A DNA stretch of 64,000 nt. Origin: Octopus sinensis. Its lineage: Eukaryota. A model generated the notes under the pieces. It was not told the DNA's origin and made no database searches. It worked only from the letters and a program-made list of their open reading frames with translations. Positions 12,869-25,970 of this stretch are shown here, piece by piece (position 1 is the first letter of the stretch; every line of letters starts with the position of its first letter). The position numbers and the translations under genes are program-made. The stretch spans positions 112,220,001-112,284,000 of the forward strand of contig NC_043002.1 in assembly GCF_006345805.1 (NCBI RefSeq), written 5' to 3'.

Positions 12869-13167
12869 ATCATTTTATCTGGTTCAGCCATTGGATTGCT
12901 GAGACACCGCCATGAAGGGTTTAGTCGAAAAAAACGACCCAGTGCTTATGTTTTAAAACCTGATGCTTATTCTATCGACGACTTTTGCAGATCTGCTAAG
13001 TTACGGGGACATACACAAACAAATACTACGGGCTTCTTTCAGTTTCCTTCTATCAAATCTACTCGCATTCTTTGATTGACTCGAGGCTATAGTAGAAAAT
13101 ATTTGCCCAACAGAAACCGGAACCATGTGGTTCGGAAGCAAGCTTCTTTCCACACAGCCACGCCCAT
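12869..13167 (-). mobile_element. SINE family A, old, internally deleted
   Basis: Head (CACACAGCCAC) and body motifs recognisable. Confidence 0.7.
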
Positions 13168-13548
13168 ACATACATATTTATCTATTTCCGTCTGTTTTTT
13201 TTTAATGTATGTATATATGTTTGTATGCATGTATGAATGTATATACGTATGCATGCATGCATGTTCGTATATACAGCTCAAAATGGCGTGGATGAGTAAA
13301 ATCAGTAGAGCAACAAGGCAAAATGTCTTCCAGTATTGATCCAGCGTCATATTTTCTGGATTCAAATTTTGTCGAGATCAACATTGCCTTTCATCTTTTC
13401 GTGGTCAATAAAATAATGTAGCAATCTGGTACTCAAGTAGTTCCTATTAAATTCGTGATCTTGTGCATATGTTAGAAAAGATTACATGTGTATATATGAA
13501 TGTGCATGTGTGTATGCATCTCTGTCTGTCTGTCTGTCTGTCTATCTG

Positions 13549-13589
<41 letters not shown>

Positions 13590-13590
13590 T

Positions 13591-13711
13591 ATTGGCCTGC
13601 TCGCTTACCCAGCGGGGTGGCGTCATTTGAAGGCTAAAACAATGCGAATGCATTGTGACCAGCGATGTGTAGCAACATCTGATGGTCTGGTCGGTCACGT
13701 GATCACGTGAT
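13591..13711 (+). mobile_element. SINE B2 3' tail, 5'-truncated, in (TA)n
   Basis: Matches the reverse complement of 23493-23620; ends TCACGTGATCACGTGA. Confidence 0.85.
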
Positions 13712-14034
13712 ATATATATATATATATGTACGTGTGTGTGTGTGTGTGTGCGAAGATAGAAAATGGGTATATAATTATGCCCACATTGAGGACATATCAC
13801 AATTAATATACAGAGATACAATGTATGTATACACTGCATGTATTTTCAATTAAATGTTTTCATTTATATATATTCATATATGTAGACTTTCATGTGACCG
13901 ATGCTTTATGTTAAGCTCTTACGTAATATGCTCCTCACCACTTCGTTAGAAGTTTTGTCAACCTTTTCTTAAAAGTTATCCGCTTCCAAGATATCTGAAA
14001 AACTCGGATCTAGGTTCCGTCACCTTGAAGTTTC

Positions 14035-14225
14035 CTCTCTTTACTTTCCTCTCTGTCTCCTCCACCTCCCCTTCCCCCTCCTCTTCCTCCTTCTTTTCAT
14101 CCTCCTCCTCCTCCTTCTTCTTCCTCTCCTTCCTCTTCTTCTTCTTCTTCTACTTCCTCCTTCCTTCTTCTTCTTCTTCTTCTTCTTCTTCTTCCCCTCT
14201 CTCTCTCCACATCTTCTCCCCTTTT
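14035..14225. repeat. Polypyrimidine (CTT/CCT)n tract
   Basis: Directly visible. Confidence 0.93.
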
Positions 14226-15284
14226 ACCTCGCTAACGCGTCAATGCATAGAAATGTTTTTGTTTCATTTCGTACTTTGCTTTTATTTTTGTTTCCTCCCC
14301 TCACCACATTCATTTGCCCTCAGTCAAGGATCTAAGAAACATTTATTCGTATTCACAATTCAGAAAACCGTTTCAAACCTGACTAGGCCACGTTCCTTTA
14401 TTATTAAACTGCCTTACTCTCTCTCTCTCTCTCTCTCTCCCTCTTACTCTTTCCCCGCCACTCTCTCTCTTCTTCTTTCCCCGCCACTCTCTCTCTCTCC
14501 CTCATCCTATCATAATCACAAACAACTCACCAGTCACCGAAAAAGAGAAAGAAAGGAATAATGATAACAATACTAAGCTAAAGACAAAAATAAAACTGAT
14601 CCTTTGTTTTCATTCTTCCTTTTCTTTGCTTTCTTTTCTCTTTACTTTTTTTTCTTTCTCCTCGAAAACCAGAATTTACTTTAAATCTTTAGATGTTATC
14701 CTCACGCCTCTTCCGCCTGATTGAAAATATGGGACAGAATTCTAACAAAGAAAACTATTGCCTCATAAAAAATAGCCGCCAGCTTGTAAGCTCAGCCATT
14801 TAACTTTTCACAGATCATTGCCACATATTCTTTGATCTCTTCTTATCCTTTGCCAATACAGTCTTTGGTGTTTATTCAAATGAGCTTATCTTAACTGTGT
14901 TTCTGGTACTACTAGCAATACACCATACCACAGGTGATACGTCTCCGATCTAAAACCATTGATATTTATATTAGTTTCAACCGAACAAAGAGCTATCTCA
15001 ACTACCATAAACACAGGCATCCGCACCACCATCAGCAACAACAACAACAACAGCAACTATCATGACCAATGCCTTCATCAGTGACTATTGCTAAGATTAC
15101 AGCAACCGACACTACCTCTGCCACTAATACTCCTAGTTCCACCATCATCACCGTTGTTACAAACATCATTGCTACTATAGAAAACTCTCCATGTTCTCAT
15201 AAGACAGTCGATTATTTATTATTTACACCATCACAATAACTCTACCCTAGATAACATCTCTATCGTTTACAAACACAAGCACAC

Positions 15285-15323
<39 letters not shown>

Positions 15324-15404
15324 GACCGTGGGAAAATACCTCAAGACGTTGTGGATAATGAAATGAGCAGGTCTTAGATGTATGAAGAAAGACACTTACA
15401 CTCA

Positions 15405-15407
15405 ATG

Positions 15408-15443
<36 letters not shown>

Positions 15444-15456
15444 TATAATAATAATA

Positions 15457-15498
<42 letters not shown>

Positions 15499-15525
15499 TA
15501 ATAATAACAATAATAACAACAACAC

Positions 15526-15557
<32 letters not shown>

Positions 15558-15680
15558 TAATAATAACAATAATGATAATAATAATAATAACAACAACAAT
15601 AATAATAATAATAATAATAACAACAACAATAATATAATAATAATAATAATAACAACAACAACAACAACAACACAACAATA

Positions 15681-15715
<35 letters not shown>

Positions 15716-15782
15716 TAATAATAATAATAACAACAACAATAATAATAATAATAATAATAACAACAACAACAACAACAACAAC

Positions 15783-15814
<32 letters not shown>

Positions 15815-15923
15815 TAATAATAATAATAATAATAACAACAACAATAATAATAATAATAATAATAACAACAACAACAACAACAACAACAACAATAATAATA
15901 TAATAATAATAATAATAATAATA
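15405..15923. repeat. (TAA/CAA)n microsatellite
   Basis: Directly visible, ~520 bp. Confidence 0.97.
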
Positions 15924-16058
15924 AGCATCCTACGCAGAGCACTTTCCATACAATAACCATCAGAGCATCACAACAAATCACAGCACATACCCAAGGCACA
16001 CAGAGCTGCACTCGGTAGTGAAGTGAAAGCACGCTATAAGAAATATACTACTGAATCA
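15924..16058 (+). mobile_element. Extreme 3' end of an R4/Dong-like LINE
   Basis: ILRRALSIQ* matches the typical 'GTAHILR..LS' terminus; followed by a UTR and (TAA)n; TAA repeats on both sides. Confidence 0.6.
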
Positions 16059-16699
16059 TAATAATAATAATGATAATGATAATAATAATAATAGTGCCAC
16101 CCCCCTTGCAGTTACCCATTACCTTCTCACGATGTGCTTTATTTGCAGCTAGCGCCATCTAGAGCGAGGACTACCCTAGATAACGTTCGCTATACGTGTA
16201 CATATGTGTTTCTTTGTATGCAAGTGTGCTTACATGTGCGTGTGCATATGTGTATTGATAGCTTTCTGAATGCATGTGAATTGGATGCATATATGTGTAT
16301 GTATGTGTGTGTTTCTGCATATATGCGCGAGTAATGTATATGTGTGTGTGTGTGTGTTCATGTGTAAGTCTAGGGATAGATGTGCCTGTATACATAAGTT
16401 TATATTTGCGTGTGTGTATATATGTTACGTGTAAATCCATATACATACTTATTTTTGTATGCTTAATGCCTAGCATCTCTCCTGGATTCATGGATAATCG
16501 CAGTCAGCATTATTAATGCGAGTAGCAATGATGAGAAAAGAGTAATAAAATCTCGCAAAGCCATGTAGTACTCACTTAGTCTCCGGCGGGATGGTCATTG
16601 TCTAATGAGGAGGATAATTTATTTAATCTTAGTTGCTAACCTTGCTAGCGGGTTGCCAACTATTGGTTTCATATTTTGGCACAAGATCAACAATTTCAG

Positions 16700-16868
16700 G
16701 GGCGGATGTAAGTCGATTAAATCGACCCAGTATTTAAGTGGTACTTTTTGTTTTCGAACCCGAAAAGATGAACGGCAAAGTCGACCTTAAAATCAGACAT
16801 AAAGACGGACGAGATGCCACTAAGCACTTTATCCGGTGTGCTTCCGATTCTGCCAGCTCGCCGCCTTA
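16700..16868 (-). mobile_element. tRNA-derived SINE family C, diverged
   Basis: CTGCCAGCTCGCCGCC head and GGCAAAGTCGACC body. Confidence 0.8.
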
Positions 16869-17089
16869 ACTAACACTAAAATACATTGGTAATGGTTTCA
16901 ATGAAAGCCATTCTCCAGGATCATAAAGTACTGAGTTGGTGTTCGCGGGGTTTAAGTCTGTCACATGGAATGGTGGGCTTCTTCAGTCATAATTCGCAAC
17001 CTCTATAAAATGAAGATAAAAATACAACCTCTACCTCTAATTTCAATAATTAAATGAAGTTTAACAAACCATACGATGTTAACGACGTA

Positions 17090-18551
17090 AACAGAAATGG
17101 AATCTCAGGTGAAACTGTTACGTCCAACAGGTGTACTATGCAAGAGTAAGCAGTCACTTGGTCATCATCCAACAATTACTCGGAAGACTTATTTTAAGTG
17201 GAAAAGAAAAGAAGGATTAGGCAGTTTTCATTGAGTCTTATTTGGGAACTAAAACGGAAGATGTTGGTGAAAGAATGCTCATATAGTGAAATAACATAGG
17301 TATGTTTGAGTCGATAGAAAATAGGTTAATTAATCAAGCATGCATGGTTCAAAGAAACAAGAGGTTGGCTAACACTCGTTGATATAGAAAGTATACAGAA
17401 ACTAATCAATGAAGAGACGATGGGTGTTGAAGAAACAACAAATGAAAACATCTAACACTTGGAAGAGCGAAATTAACTGTATGGAAAGAAATTAGGTTGA
17501 CGTAGAAATGAAAAATACAAACGATGTAAGCAATGATGATGAGACTGAAAATATTAAGTATTTGAAGGGAACACAGGCAAATAATATGGCTATGGAAAAT
17601 TTTGTAATGTCTAAAGATTAAGAAGATAAAAAGCCAAAATTTTTGATACGATGAAAAGAAATTCTCAGTAATTCAGAAAGCATAAAGCTATTGAATTTGA
17701 GATGGATTAACCAAGGAAAACTCCTGACTGGAACAAAAATAGTTGATGCCGAATGTTACAACTACAAACATAACTGATGTCCATAATTCAATAGGTTTGC
17801 TGTGGTAGGTTCGGTGTGAAAAGATGCAGAGAAAAAAAGAGAGCGACAACTTGAATATGACACAAAGAAACTTAGAAGAGACCTCAGCATGATTGAATGC
17901 TGGAACAAAGGTAACTTACAAAAAGAACATTGGTTTCACTTTGAAAAGAAGTTGAAAATATACGAGAAAGGGTTTGCTTTATTGATAGAACAAGTCAAGC
18001 AAGATATATGTGCAAAATCGTCCTGGATAAAAAGAGCAACTAAGTTTGAACGTAACAGATGTTATGGATTAAAACGGATGCAGTTTTTCCCTAACATTCG
18101 AAGAGATACAATACAAACATTAACACCAAATGCGGGGAATGCTATAAAAATTCGGACAGGAACTTAGGGATGCCGAAATACATATAACGAAAAGACAGAA
18201 TGAGTCAAAATATTAAAACGGAATTAAGTAGTGCGAGGTAACAATAATCCATCTTAATAGCTAAGGATAGTGTTGAGCAATTCTTGGACGACAACGAGTT
18301 ATTGGCAGAAAAAATGGCACAATCATTTAAGGGAGAGCAAATTACTACGTATTAAACAGAAAAAAGGTACAGGCACGGGCGTGGGTGTGTGGTAAGAAGC
18401 CTCCTTTCGAACCATATGGTCCGGGGTCCAGTCCCGAAGTGTTTCCTTGGATAGTTTCGGACCGACCAAAGCCTTGTGAGTGGATTTGGTAGACAGAAAC
18501 TGAAAGGAGCACGTCGTATATATGTGTGTATATGTGTATATATATATATGT

Positions 18552-18618
<67 letters not shown>

Positions 18619-18960
18619 ATCTATTTATGTGTGTGTCCTTGTCTGTGTAGAGGTTCGGCAAAAGAGACCGATTGATTAAGGTACCAGGTTTTAGAAAAAT
18701 AACGACTACAGTCGTTACATTCGACTAAAAATTCTTCAAGGCGTTGCCCCAGCATGGTTGCAGTATAATAACTGGAACAAGCGAAAAAAGAAGCCCACAA
18801 ACTGGCAAGGACCATCTGATCATTGACAAAATGACAATGAAAAATTGCAAGCGAAACAGGCCAGTCTTCAGAAACGCTTACGTAATCTTGGATTATAAAG
18901 TAGTCAGAATACTTAGCAGTACTGGCATAATGCACTAGAAAATGAACTGAAGTGGGGTGG
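17090..18960 (+). mobile_element. R4/Dong-like LINE relic (N-terminus to start of RT), interrupted by SINE A
   Basis: MFESIENRLINQ, KGFALLIEQVKQDICAK and GKDHLIIDKMTMKNCKR motifs; many stops. Confidence 0.65.
18371..18790 (+). mobile_element. SINE family A, diverged, expanded internal microsatellite
   Basis: Head, body and tail recognisable. Confidence 0.8.
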
Positions 18961-19255
18961 GTGAAAGCGTGCAGTAAGTCAATAAATTCAAACTGCTTTT
19001 CTCTTTGTTGAACCAGTATTTATTAGGCTTGTTTTCCCCTCAAACATCCAGCTCAGTACACTTCCTTGTGCAAGACACTGTATCAGTTGATTTCCGATTT
19101 GGCCGTGTAAGGAGTTCAGATGTTTTGTCCGAAAACTTTGAAACGTATTTGTTAAAAGTGGTATCTCCAGAGTGAAAGTATTTCAGTTTGATTTGTCAGG
19201 TTTCATAGTCCATGCCTGTCAGTATCGAATTTGCTTTCATTTCATTTTTTTCTAG

Positions 19256-19360
19256 AAAGAAAAGTCTGGGTTAATAGATTATGGCTGGGCGTTAAAGTGC
19301 GTGCCTTTATGTATGACTGCTGAAGAAGCAAGAGAAGAGTTGCGTAGCGTCATCTGCAAA
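19256..19360 (+). CDS. Candidate host exon (unidentified)
   Basis: Pyrimidine-rich acceptor TTTCATTTTTTTCTAG; open frame KEKSGLIDYGWALKCVPLCMTAEEAREELRSVICK; GT donors at 19297, 19311 and 19361. Confidence 0.25.
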
Positions 19361-19646
19361 GTACTGCGTTTGACTTTTAAATAATTTCTTATAATTTAGG
19401 TCTAAGGCCAACAATTTTAAGGACTAAGTCGATACACTCAATTCCAGTAACTGACTGGAACGTTATTTCGTTCACCCTGAAGAGAAGAAATGTAAAGTTG
19501 ACGTTGGTGCGATTTGAAAGTAAGGAGCCTGGACAAATAGGACAAATAGGACAATGCAATTTTCCCAACGCTCTAACGAGTCTGCTAATTCATTTACCTC
19601 CAATTCGGTTTCAAATATTGGTAAGCAGATCAATGAAGTAGGGTTA

Positions 19647-19872
19647 ATGAAGGCGGCGAGCTGGCAGAGACGTTAGCACGCCGGGCGAAATGCGTAGCCG
19701 TATTTCGTCTGCCGCTACGTTGTGAGTTCAAATTCCGCCGAGGTCGACTTTACCTTTCATCCTTTCGGGGTCGATTAAATAAGTACCAGTTACGCACTGG
19801 GGTAGATATAATCGACTTAATCCGTTTGTTTGCCCTCTCTGTGTTTAGCCCCTTGTGGGTAGTAAAGAAATA
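19647..19872 (+). mobile_element. SINE family C, full length
   Basis: A-box-like TGGCAGAG, B-box GAGTTCAAATTCC; 12-bp TSD GAAGTAGGGTTA at 19635-19646 and 19873-19884. Confidence 0.93.
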
Positions 19873-20737
19873 GAAGTAGGGTTACTGGAGGAACATTGGC
19901 TGCTTTAGTTGTTGATATTGTTATTTTTATTATTGTTGTTTTTGTTGTTGGTGGTGGACGTGCTGTTGTTGTTTACCTCTTGGTCAGCCCCAAACAAAGA
20001 GACCTATGCTAGAAAGCGTTCTAGCCTCCTTTCATAAGGATATATTTGTATTTTGGACCATAATATTCAGTGTGTTCTTTCACTTTTTATGAAGCCAAGT
20101 TCAAGGAAAATGTGACTGCTATTTTTAGCAAGTTGAGTTACCGCGTGGAGCTCTCTTGTTGGCTCTAAAACAATTTGCTTTTATGTCAAGTTGGCATACA
20201 ATTAGGGCTTTTATTGAAGAAATTTAATATAATTGTGATTGAATGAAGCTAGAAAGAGAACACGGGTCGACGATAAATAAGTGTGTCTATCTAGCAGATG
20301 GCCTTTTGTTTGGATGCAGACCAGAACGTGAAACTTGTGCCTTGTATAAAGTTAGAGGTTCTATTTGGTATTAAAGTATTTGTGACCCCTAAAGGAAACT
20401 AAGCTTTGTGATGCAAACTTTAATTGTGTAATACACGTGGTAGCAAAGGAAATTCATATATAGGAGTAAAGTCAGTAATTTATGAGGTGTACAATAGTTT
20501 TATTGTATTGTTCATGTATAGAGGGACTCTAGCGTTGTGAGTACTTTGTCACTTTGAGTGAGCTTTGTTTGTAGTGGTGTTGAATGAAACAATGTTGTCC
20601 AGATATCATTGCGATATACATATGCGTTTTTATTAACTGAACATTGTATCAATTTGATGTGGATAACAAAGAACGAAGGAGTGGTTAATAACGAGATGCA
20701 AAGTTCATAGGACAACGAGTAGTTACTAGCGAGTTAT

Positions 20738-21128
20738 CGTGGAGGCGCAATGGCCCAGTGGTTAGGGCAGCGGACTCGCGGTCATAAGATCGCGGTTTCG
20801 ATTCCCAGACCGAGCGTTGTGAGTGTTTATTGAGCGAAAACACCTAAAAGCTCCACGAGGCTCCGGCAGGGGATGGTGGTGATCCCTGCTGTACTCTTTC
20901 ACCACAACTTTCTCTCACTCTTTCTTCTGTTTCTGTTGTACCTGTATTTCAAGGGGCCGGCCTTGTCACTCTCTGTGTCACGCTGAATATCCCCGAGAAC
21001 TACGTTAAGGGTGCACGTGTCTGTGGAGTGCTCAGCCACTTCACGTTAATTTCACGAGCAGGCTGTTCCGTTGATTCGGATCAACCGGAACCCTCATCGT
21101 CGTAACCGACGGAGTGCTTCAGAAAGAG
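20738..21128 (+). mobile_element. SINE family B, full length
   Basis: 13-bp TSD ACTAGCGAGTTAT at 20725-20737 and 21129-21141. Confidence 0.95.
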
Positions 21129-21199
21129 ACTAGCGAGTTATAAGATACACTACACTATAGATATAGAAGTTGCACTCCGACATACAAGATTTCGTAAAA

Positions 21200-21780
21200 T
21201 CAAGACACTACAGAAGCAATGCGTTTCTGGAGACTTGCCGTAACGCAAAATCTCGTAAGAACGAAATTAATTTACCGATTCGTGTTCAAGTTATAAAGTG
21301 ATAATGCATCCCGAAAGATATTTTTCAAATTAAAAAACAAAATTTAAAAGAAAAAAACATTTTTATGCATGAAGATAGCAGTTTCTAAACACACAGTGAA
21401 ATATGTGTTAATAAAACCATTAGAAGAGAAGCTGATATTGTGTTCTTGGGAATACATTCTACTCCTACATTATCAGAAAGCTCATTAAAGTTCACAGAGT
21501 GGCTTGCTGCATTGTCTAAAAGAAGCAGTGTTCTTTTGAAAATATATTATTGTATCCTTCTACAGCAAGTGAAAAACTGTTTGTAATCCAATCTTCGGAA
21601 AGGCTTTCTTCTTTGAACTACAATCAGAAGTAAATCAAGCTGTGTGTAACCCTTGAAAGCCCTTGTATTTTTTGAGTGAGACATGAAGAGGGGCTTTAAT
21701 TTCATATCACCAGCGGTATTTCTTCACAGAAGAAGCCTCAAACGGTTTTTGGAGACTTTAAATGTTGGTATTCAAACTTA
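21200..21780 (-). mobile_element. Tigger/pogo transposase relic
   Basis: NTAGDMKLKP, EDWITNSF and LLLDNAASH motifs typical of pogo DDE transposases; frameshifted. Confidence 0.65.
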
Positions 21781-22447
21781 ATTTTACTTCGCAAGAAATA
21801 AAAAGATCTAAGAGGCACACGAGTCTTAGATCTTTTAATAAGTTCGTAGTCACTTGGTGCCTTGTTTTTGTAACTTGAGTTATAAAAACTTCACACTCTA
21901 TTCACACATACACACACACACACACATGCACACACACACACACACACACACCACACACACACACACACACTCACACACACACATCGTGGTGACATCAACA
22001 TTTGTTGCTAGATATTTCTATCAAGCTGATAACGTTATCAGTTGGTGATTCAAAAGTTGGGGATTTGATAGTCATGGAGGAGTTGGTTAAATCGCTTTTA
22101 CCGTTGGTGGGTGGTGGGGCGATGGCGATGGCGGTGGCGGGTACTGCTGCTGGTGGTAATGGTAATGATGCTCTTGCATTGTTGTTTAGTCTCAAGTCAA
22201 ACCTCATTGACCTGAGATCAAAGATATTTGGATCGTGTTAGGACACCGGGGAACCAGATTATTTTACATGATTGTCTTTTATTTTAGATGTTGTTCTTGT
22301 CTTGCTCGTACTATTGTTGTTGTAATGGTTTCTCCTTCAGGAGAAGGTTGATTGGTTATGACAGTGATTGTATTGTTTTTGGCGACGACGGGTGTTGTGT
22401 TGGTGTTTATAATTGATAGTGTTGGGAGGAAGGATGATTCACACACA

Positions 22448-22532
22448 GGTATGTATGTATGTATGTATGTATGTATGTATGTATGTATGTATAGATGCAG
22501 AGAGAAAGAGACAGAGACAAAGAGAGAGAGAG

Positions 22533-22621
<89 letters not shown>

Positions 22622-22747
22622 GACCCAAGAAGACATACATGAACAAAATATTCACTGTGAAAAAGTCAACTCAACCTCACGCTTCTGTAGCGTTCAATAG
22701 TGAAGCATACATTCATACTTGCGTACATGCAGGTACACTCACACACA

Positions 22748-22788
<41 letters not shown>

Positions 22789-22887
22789 TACACACACACA
22801 CACACACACATATATATATTCATATTTATATATATTCATATATATATATATTCATATATATATATATTCATATATATATATATATTC

Positions 22888-22922
<35 letters not shown>

Positions 22923-22930
22923 TACACACA
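22448..22930. repeat. Compound (TATG)/(GA)/(GATA)/(CA)/(TA) microsatellites
   Basis: Directly visible. Confidence 0.93.
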
Positions 22931-23492
22931 CACTCATACATATTCCTTACTGCTATTTTATACACTTACATTAAAAATCTCTCTAAAAGTTAGCTGAATC
23001 ATAGGGATCAAATAATGTCAATTTCTCCTTCCCATGTAATCCTAACCCTGTAATGTCTGCTATGGAACTGAACAAAAGACAGGAATAAATTGGGTGTTTC
23101 GGCTGCCATCTTTATTCATACTGGTGCGGTACATAATGCAGGTGGTTAACGTATCATCACATATTATTATCTAAATTTAGTTTGAAAGTTTCTGTCTAAC
23201 ATCAAAATGTTAAAACTGAATTATACATTCATATTTATTGAATTACACAGTAAATTTCACGTATAAGATTACCATTTTTATTATAAATTTAGAACAAGTT
23301 ACTCTTATTTTTAATCATTGATATTTAGTTTTATTATTGGAGGGCATTGCTTGCCCAGCCTACCCAGAGTGTGGCGTTTCTCGCCTGACTTAATGAATTA
23401 TACTTAGTAAACATCGCTCCTATGACTAATCATCTTATTTTTACAACTTACTATGTCAATGATAATACGTTATTATGACTAATTATAATTAT

Positions 23493-23802
23493 CACGTCAC
23501 GTGATCACGTGACCGACCAGTCCATCGGATGTAGTTACACATCGCTGGTCACATGCGCTTCGCATTGTTTTTTAGCCTTCGAATGACGCCACCCGGCTGG
23601 CTAAGCGAGCAGGCCAACAGAAGAAAGAGTGGGAGAAAGAGTACAGCAGGGATCACCCCCCCCCCTGCCAGAGCCTCGTGGAGCTTTTTTTTCTTAGGTG
23701 TTTTCGCTCAATAAACACTCACAACACCCGGTCTGGGAATCGAAACCGCGATCCTATGATCGCGAGTCCGCTGCCCTAACCACTAGACCATTGCGCCTCC
23801 AC
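23493..23802 (-). mobile_element. SINE B2: family B head with an alternative 3' half
   Basis: Head and 5' body match family B, 3' ~130 bp are different; 12-bp TSD AATTATAATTAT at 23481-23492 and 23803-23814. Confidence 0.92.
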
Positions 23803-24330
23803 AATTATAATTATAGGAAGAGAAAATTAATTTAGAGTTACTGCTGAGCGGGCCAAGTTCTCGTAAGCTCCAAAACTGATCAACTCTATTTGCCTAAACC
23901 TTAACTGATGCGTTAAAATCTTGACTAAAGTAACGCCGATAAAACAAAATACAGAATTAGGCCATCTATAAGATTATTCTGGAGTGTCTTTTCAAATCTT
24001 TTAAATAAATTTTTTAAATTTCAGTCTGACAGCATGGAAGAAATTCAATTCCGTCTACTCTAAATATAATATGGTACTAAATTTTCAACCATATTTTGAC
24101 GCAAAATTACTATTGGACGACACCAGGGATATGTTATGATAATTATTGTCTAGCTCCTAACTCAGTCCTTATCCAGCATACCATTTACTATCTTGACTTT
24201 TATTCAGCTATTATGTATATTGGACTATATTATCCACCATGCTTTTAAAGAAAATGCTTGAGGGATATTTCATACGTTTTGGATCGAATCGTTTTTGACA
24301 GAGACGAAATTGTCAGTTATGAATTGCCAC

Positions 24331-24498
24331 AAGGCGTAGGAGTGGCTGTGTGGTAGGTAGCTTGTTTACCAACCACATGGTTCCGGGTTCAGTCCCACTG
24401 CGTGGCATCTTGGGCAAGTGTCTTCTGCTATAGCCTCGGGCCGACCAATGCCTCTTGAGTGGATTTGGTAGACGGAAACTGGAAAGAAGCCTGTCGTA

Positions 24499-24543
<45 letters not shown>

Positions 24544-24761
24544 ATGTGTTTGTGTGTCTGTGTCTGTCCCCCTAGCATTGCTTGACAACCGATGCTGGTG
24601 TGTTTACGTCCCCGTCACTTAGCGGTTCGGCAAAAAAGAGACCGATAGAATAAGTACTGGGCTTACAAAGAATAAGTCCCGGGGTCGAATTGCTCGACTT
24701 AAGGCGGTGCTCCAGCATGGCCGCAGTCAAATGACTGAAACGAGTAAAAGAGTAAAAGAGT
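24331..24761 (+). mobile_element. SINE family A, full length
   Basis: Complete head, body, internal (TA)(TG) tract and tail; no TSD seen. Confidence 0.95.
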
Positions 24762-24789
24762 ATTTATTCCATGGTTGATTTATCAGAAA

Positions 24790-25130
24790 GTAAATATGAG
24801 TTTACTTAATTATTTGAACTGACAATTGGAATTGTAGAGTCAAATCTGTCCAGAAATAGTGCATCTTTTCAAGGTATTATTGCCATTAGAAGCACCTTTA
24901 CATTTGCAATAGTTCACTGACTATCAAATGGAATTTGCGGCTAATTTGGGTCGTTTAAGGAACGAGGGACTGCAATGAACTGTGAAGTGTTGACACAATT
25001 CTATGAGAAGTTAAAGCAGCTTCTAAAGTCTGCAGAACAATATTGTTAATATTTTTGGAGTTTCTAAAACAATGTATTTGACTGACTTGTCTAACTTCAC
25101 AACATTCTCAGAGACACACATCATAAGCCA
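24790..25130 (+). mobile_element. hAT (Charlie/Buster-like) transposase relic
   Basis: EFAANL, EVLTQFYEKLKQLL and MYLTDL resemble 'REALA..L ... VL.RF.EL ... AYL.DIF'. Confidence 0.4.
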
Positions 25131-25604
25131 AAGAAGATGATTCGACGGAGAAATACCATCCAAATGTCCCTTATATCATATCACGCCATCTTAAACTAGA
25201 AAACTACTTACCGTATTGTGTTATCCTAGATCTTATAAGATTAGGTAAAAAGAAAATGTGATCACCGATAGAACTTCTTTATCGGATCAGAGCTTCCTGG
25301 AGCTAAACAATAACACTTTCTTTGTGCATATGTGTGTGTGCGCACGCGAACAGACATATAGATAAGCATATAGATTAGATAGATAGATAGATAAATAAAT
25401 AAATAGATAGATACATAGATAGATAAACCAGTATCGACGTCCTAACGCAGTATGCCTTGCTCTCAGCATGTTGAATATTATGGCAATCCGTAATGCCATC
25501 CCTGGTTAACTCTGGGTTTTTATGTGGTGGATTTCTAATCGCTTCTATGCTTGCTAATAGCTTGAAAGGGATTAACATATCCAGAACTCTAATATTACTG
25601 CGAG

Positions 25605-25780
25605 CCCATCACCCTAAATTGGTACTGTATTTATCAAACCCCAAAAGGGTGAAAGGTAAAAGCTGACTTCTGAAGGTTTGGAACTCTGAACTCAAAGAAC
25701 CGGAATATCTAATACACTGCATTTTGTTTTATGGTCTGAGGGCTCTGCCAGTTCACAGCTTATTACTGGTTATTATGTGT
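25605..25780 (-). mobile_element. SINE family C, old
   Basis: Degenerate GGTACT...CCCCAAAAGGGTGAAAGG and CTGCCAG head. Confidence 0.55.
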
Positions 25781-25809
25781 TACGTACTAAAGATAGTGAA
25801 ATGACAGAT

Positions 25810-25970
25810 CCATTAGTGCGTCGGACAAAATGAGCTGAAATTTTACCGAAGTCGACTTTGTCTTAGATCCTTTCAGGGCCGATAAAATAAGTACCAAATG
25901 AGCATTGGCGTCGATGTAATCGACTTACTTCCTCCTCTAAAATTGCTGACCATGTGCCAAATTTAGAAAA
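25810..25970 (+). mobile_element. SINE family C, old
   Basis: GAAGTCGACTTTG...GATAAAATAAGTACC...GTCGATGTAATCGACTT. Confidence 0.65.
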
